Of a DNA stretch of 64,000 nt, positions 61,216 to 64,000 are shown piece by piece. The position numbers and the translations under genes were made by a program. Each line of letters begins with the position of its first letter. Positions within the stretch are counted from its first letter, which is position 1. The DNA is from Ophelia neglecta (taxonomy: Eukaryota): the NCBI GenBank assembly GCA_965285935.1, contig OZ260661.1, positions 62,434,001 to 62,498,000 of the forward strand. The letters run 5' to 3'. The notes under the pieces were generated by a model, which did no database searches, was not told where the DNA came from, and saw only the letters and a list, made by a program, of their open reading frames with translations.

Positions 61216-64000
61216 CTACTCGCAGGTGCTGTAAACGTGTTCGACCGAACCACTTCTGGCCCATACAGCATCGTGGAATCCTTGAAAACGAGGCCATCTG
61301 CAACAACCAAAAAATATACATCAAATTAATTAGTTAGCACATCGAAATATCTTTTGTCAATTTGAACGATAAGAAGCAGCGATTTTAAAATCTTTAGGAT
61401 ATTTGTAGAACTAACCGAGACCGACTACGTCATCAGGTTCTTTAGTTTCTGCGGAGCCGTACATGACGGACACAGAGTTTGCAGCGCGAACCGACCAATC
61501 AAAATGCATCTTCTTTTTTTCGTTTGCTTCATATACCGGCCCCACACGGGAACTACGTTTTGCATGAAAAAACAATTGTAGTCAGATAAAATTAGTTCTC
61601 ACTCCTACACATAAGACAACACTTTTAAAAGGAACAAAAAAATTTTAACAATGAGGGTGTGTTATATTCTTTTCTGCACCTTGCAATTGGCATACGTGTA
61701 CAACCTCTTAGGCCTATATCTAAGGAGTCGTGCAGTCATTCGCTATTCATTTTTAACCCCGGTCCATCATATGAGCACTACTTGTTAACGGAGTTATACC
61801 ATAACTAACTTCCTTAACAAAACTAGTTACAATTCACTAGCCATATAGGAGCCAATTTAAATTCAATAGAACAATTTTCTTGGGAAGCTAAGAATATATC
61901 TAATATAACATATCTCCAGTCTCCAAATAATCCTACCAGGTTTATAATTGATATATCTCTCTTTTACATAGCATGATACTGTCTTGGTGACCTAGTTTAA
62001 TAATTTAAAACCTAATTTTTATAAATCAACTACAATTTAGCTTATCTTAACACTTATTCTTTCTCAGGATTATTTAAATCGGATATTACAGAATAGTTAA
62101 TTGATTACCCAGCAATAATCCAGTCACGTGCCCAAAATATTCCCGTACACGTTATGGTTTTCAATGGTTATAATTAACCAGTTACTTGTCGTTATATTCG
62201 TACAGTGTGCGCTCCAATACGGTGATAAAACTGTAGGATAATCTTCAATTTAAAAATTAGCCTTTTTTATAATAAACTTGTTTATATTTTGCTTTTGTAT
62301 TTAGTATTTTTATCGCACTCAATTTCCCAACATAGGGTCAACAAATAACGCTTTTGCCCGTACAAACTTTCTTTGCATACTAGTGGAATTGTGTGTACCA
62401 TTTATTTGAAATATGGCTCACACATAAATGATGGTTTGTTGTATATTTCACATATCCTGTTGAAATCATAATCTACGTTTTAAAAGATACAGCCCTTATT
62501 AAACTAATATAAGATTAATTAAAGAGTGACATGTTGTCTTTCTAAGGCCCTGCCCTTTACCTAGGTGAAACACTGCTAACTTAAAGTTGGAATAAAAAGA
62601 GATGATATTAACCAACTTAGGCTGAAAAGAAATGTGTGTTTTTCAATTATTAGGGACAGAAAATAACTCGGCAAGTAAACAAGTGTTCATAACAATAATT
62701 AGGATTATTTTATCCTGTATCATTTGACGTGTGATCGACGTGTTTTGAAAAATCACACACAAAGCAGATACAGTGGTGTGAGCTAGACTGTATATATTAT
62801 AAACAACTTCGGATTGTAAATAAGTAAAGATATACTCACGCGTTCTTCTTTCTTTTACAGCGCCAATATATCAAAAGAATCAAGCCAGCAAGAATTAACA
62901 ACACGCCAAGGATAATCAAAGCAACTGAAATTAATAAACCGACAAAATTTAATAATTGTGTGCAAAACATACATTGGGCCTATTCTCCATCACCAATGCA
63001 ACACGGGGCGAACAAGATGTATCATATGCCGGGTATTTCTTGAATATGCAAAAATATTCAAACTGTATAGCAGTTAGATAAGAAGTATTAATTCTAATAC
63101 GTTTGTAACATACTTAGCCAAGGCATTTTACAGATGAAATCACCTTCTGTACAGCTGAAATTTAAATTATATATTTCTTAGTTCGGAAGACAGTTGAATT
63201 TTATCGTTTCTGTGGATAGACGACACTGCAAGTCTCAATGCAGAACGAAGAACAACTACTCAGTTACCCATCGGAGGAACACTGTAGAGCATCAGAAGAC
63301 AATTTTGTGCCACCTGGGCACGCACACTTGCTTGAATCACACACGCTGCCTGTTATTGCGGCATCACACTCCTCTGTTGTAGTGCAGGAGCTGCCAATAG
63401 TCTTTTTAGTGCAGACATTAGTTGAACTTTCTTCATAACCTAGTTTTAACAAAATAAGGTAAAACTAATTGAGTGAAGAGTTAAACAATATAATATAATA
63501 TAAATTATAAGAATCCCGCCTTCTCGGATCGACTTTTTCCTTGCCATAATAGGCCCTATGTGCATTCATAGAAAGATGCTTGATAAATACAGTCGTCAGA
63601 CATATACAAAATCTACGCTGTAAGTAAACAGTTTGTACGTAAAACTGACAAAAAGGAACCAACTACTTGCCTTTGGTGCATTTACATTTTCCAGATTCAC
63701 AATGACTGTTTTCCACGGCATTACTGCAATCTGCGTCCGTCGAACAGCTATCATTTAGTGTCCTTATTACACATTGTGTGTCGCTAGTGGCTTTGTAGCC
63801 AGATTTACATTGACATTTCCCTCCAACGCACTCACTATTAGGCACTGCGGCAACACAGGAAGCGGAAGTTGTACAACTTCCGGTGCTTAGAGTTAACAAT
63901 TCACAGCTAGTTCCATTGTAATAGTAACCATTTTTACACTGACAAACACCGTTGATGCAGATTGTTAAATCCACGGAAGCTTGACAGTCTGCTGTACTTC
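61216..64000 (-). CDS. 3' part of a Cys-rich EB/EGF-like repeat single-pass membrane protein (5' end outside window)
   Basis: Repeats C-x5-C…NS.C..GKC.CK.GY in exons ~64000-63668 and ~63440-63268; exon 63154-63116 (GCTEGDFICKMPWL); TM exon ~62924-62840 (IALIILGVLLILAGLILLIYW RCKRKK); putative tail exons ~62230-62185 and 61297-61216. Confidence 0.75.

Overview
AT-rich, intron-containing animal DNA, most consistent with a marine lophotrochozoan (inferred from gene content). In order, the window holds: (1) a Ty3/gypsy-type LTR retroelement (about 1-3728) with a ~1.3 kb LTR, tRNA-Arg-like PBS, degraded gag fused directly to a baculovirus-F/errantivirus-like env, no pol and a truncated 3' LTR; (2) a multi-exon WSC-domain type I membrane protein; (3) an intronless cyclophilin; (4) a ~1590-aa, 20-coding-exon secreted protein with a coiled coil, six ConA/LamG-like beta-sandwich domains (five in a near-identical ~1 kb tandem array), a Lustrin-type Cys domain and a Ser/His-rich tail; (5) an 8-exon ammonium transporter with a GC-AG first intron; (6) an intronless rhodopsin-family peptide GPCR; (7) a CHST1-like carbohydrate sulfotransferase; (8) two tandem secreted, divergent C-type-lectin-like paralogues ending in CCxQCEIPC; (9) MITE/minisatellite repeats; (10) the 3' end of an EB/EGF-like repeat membrane protein. 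Exon models were read by eye from splice signals and phase continuity. Domain names come from motif recognition, not database searches.
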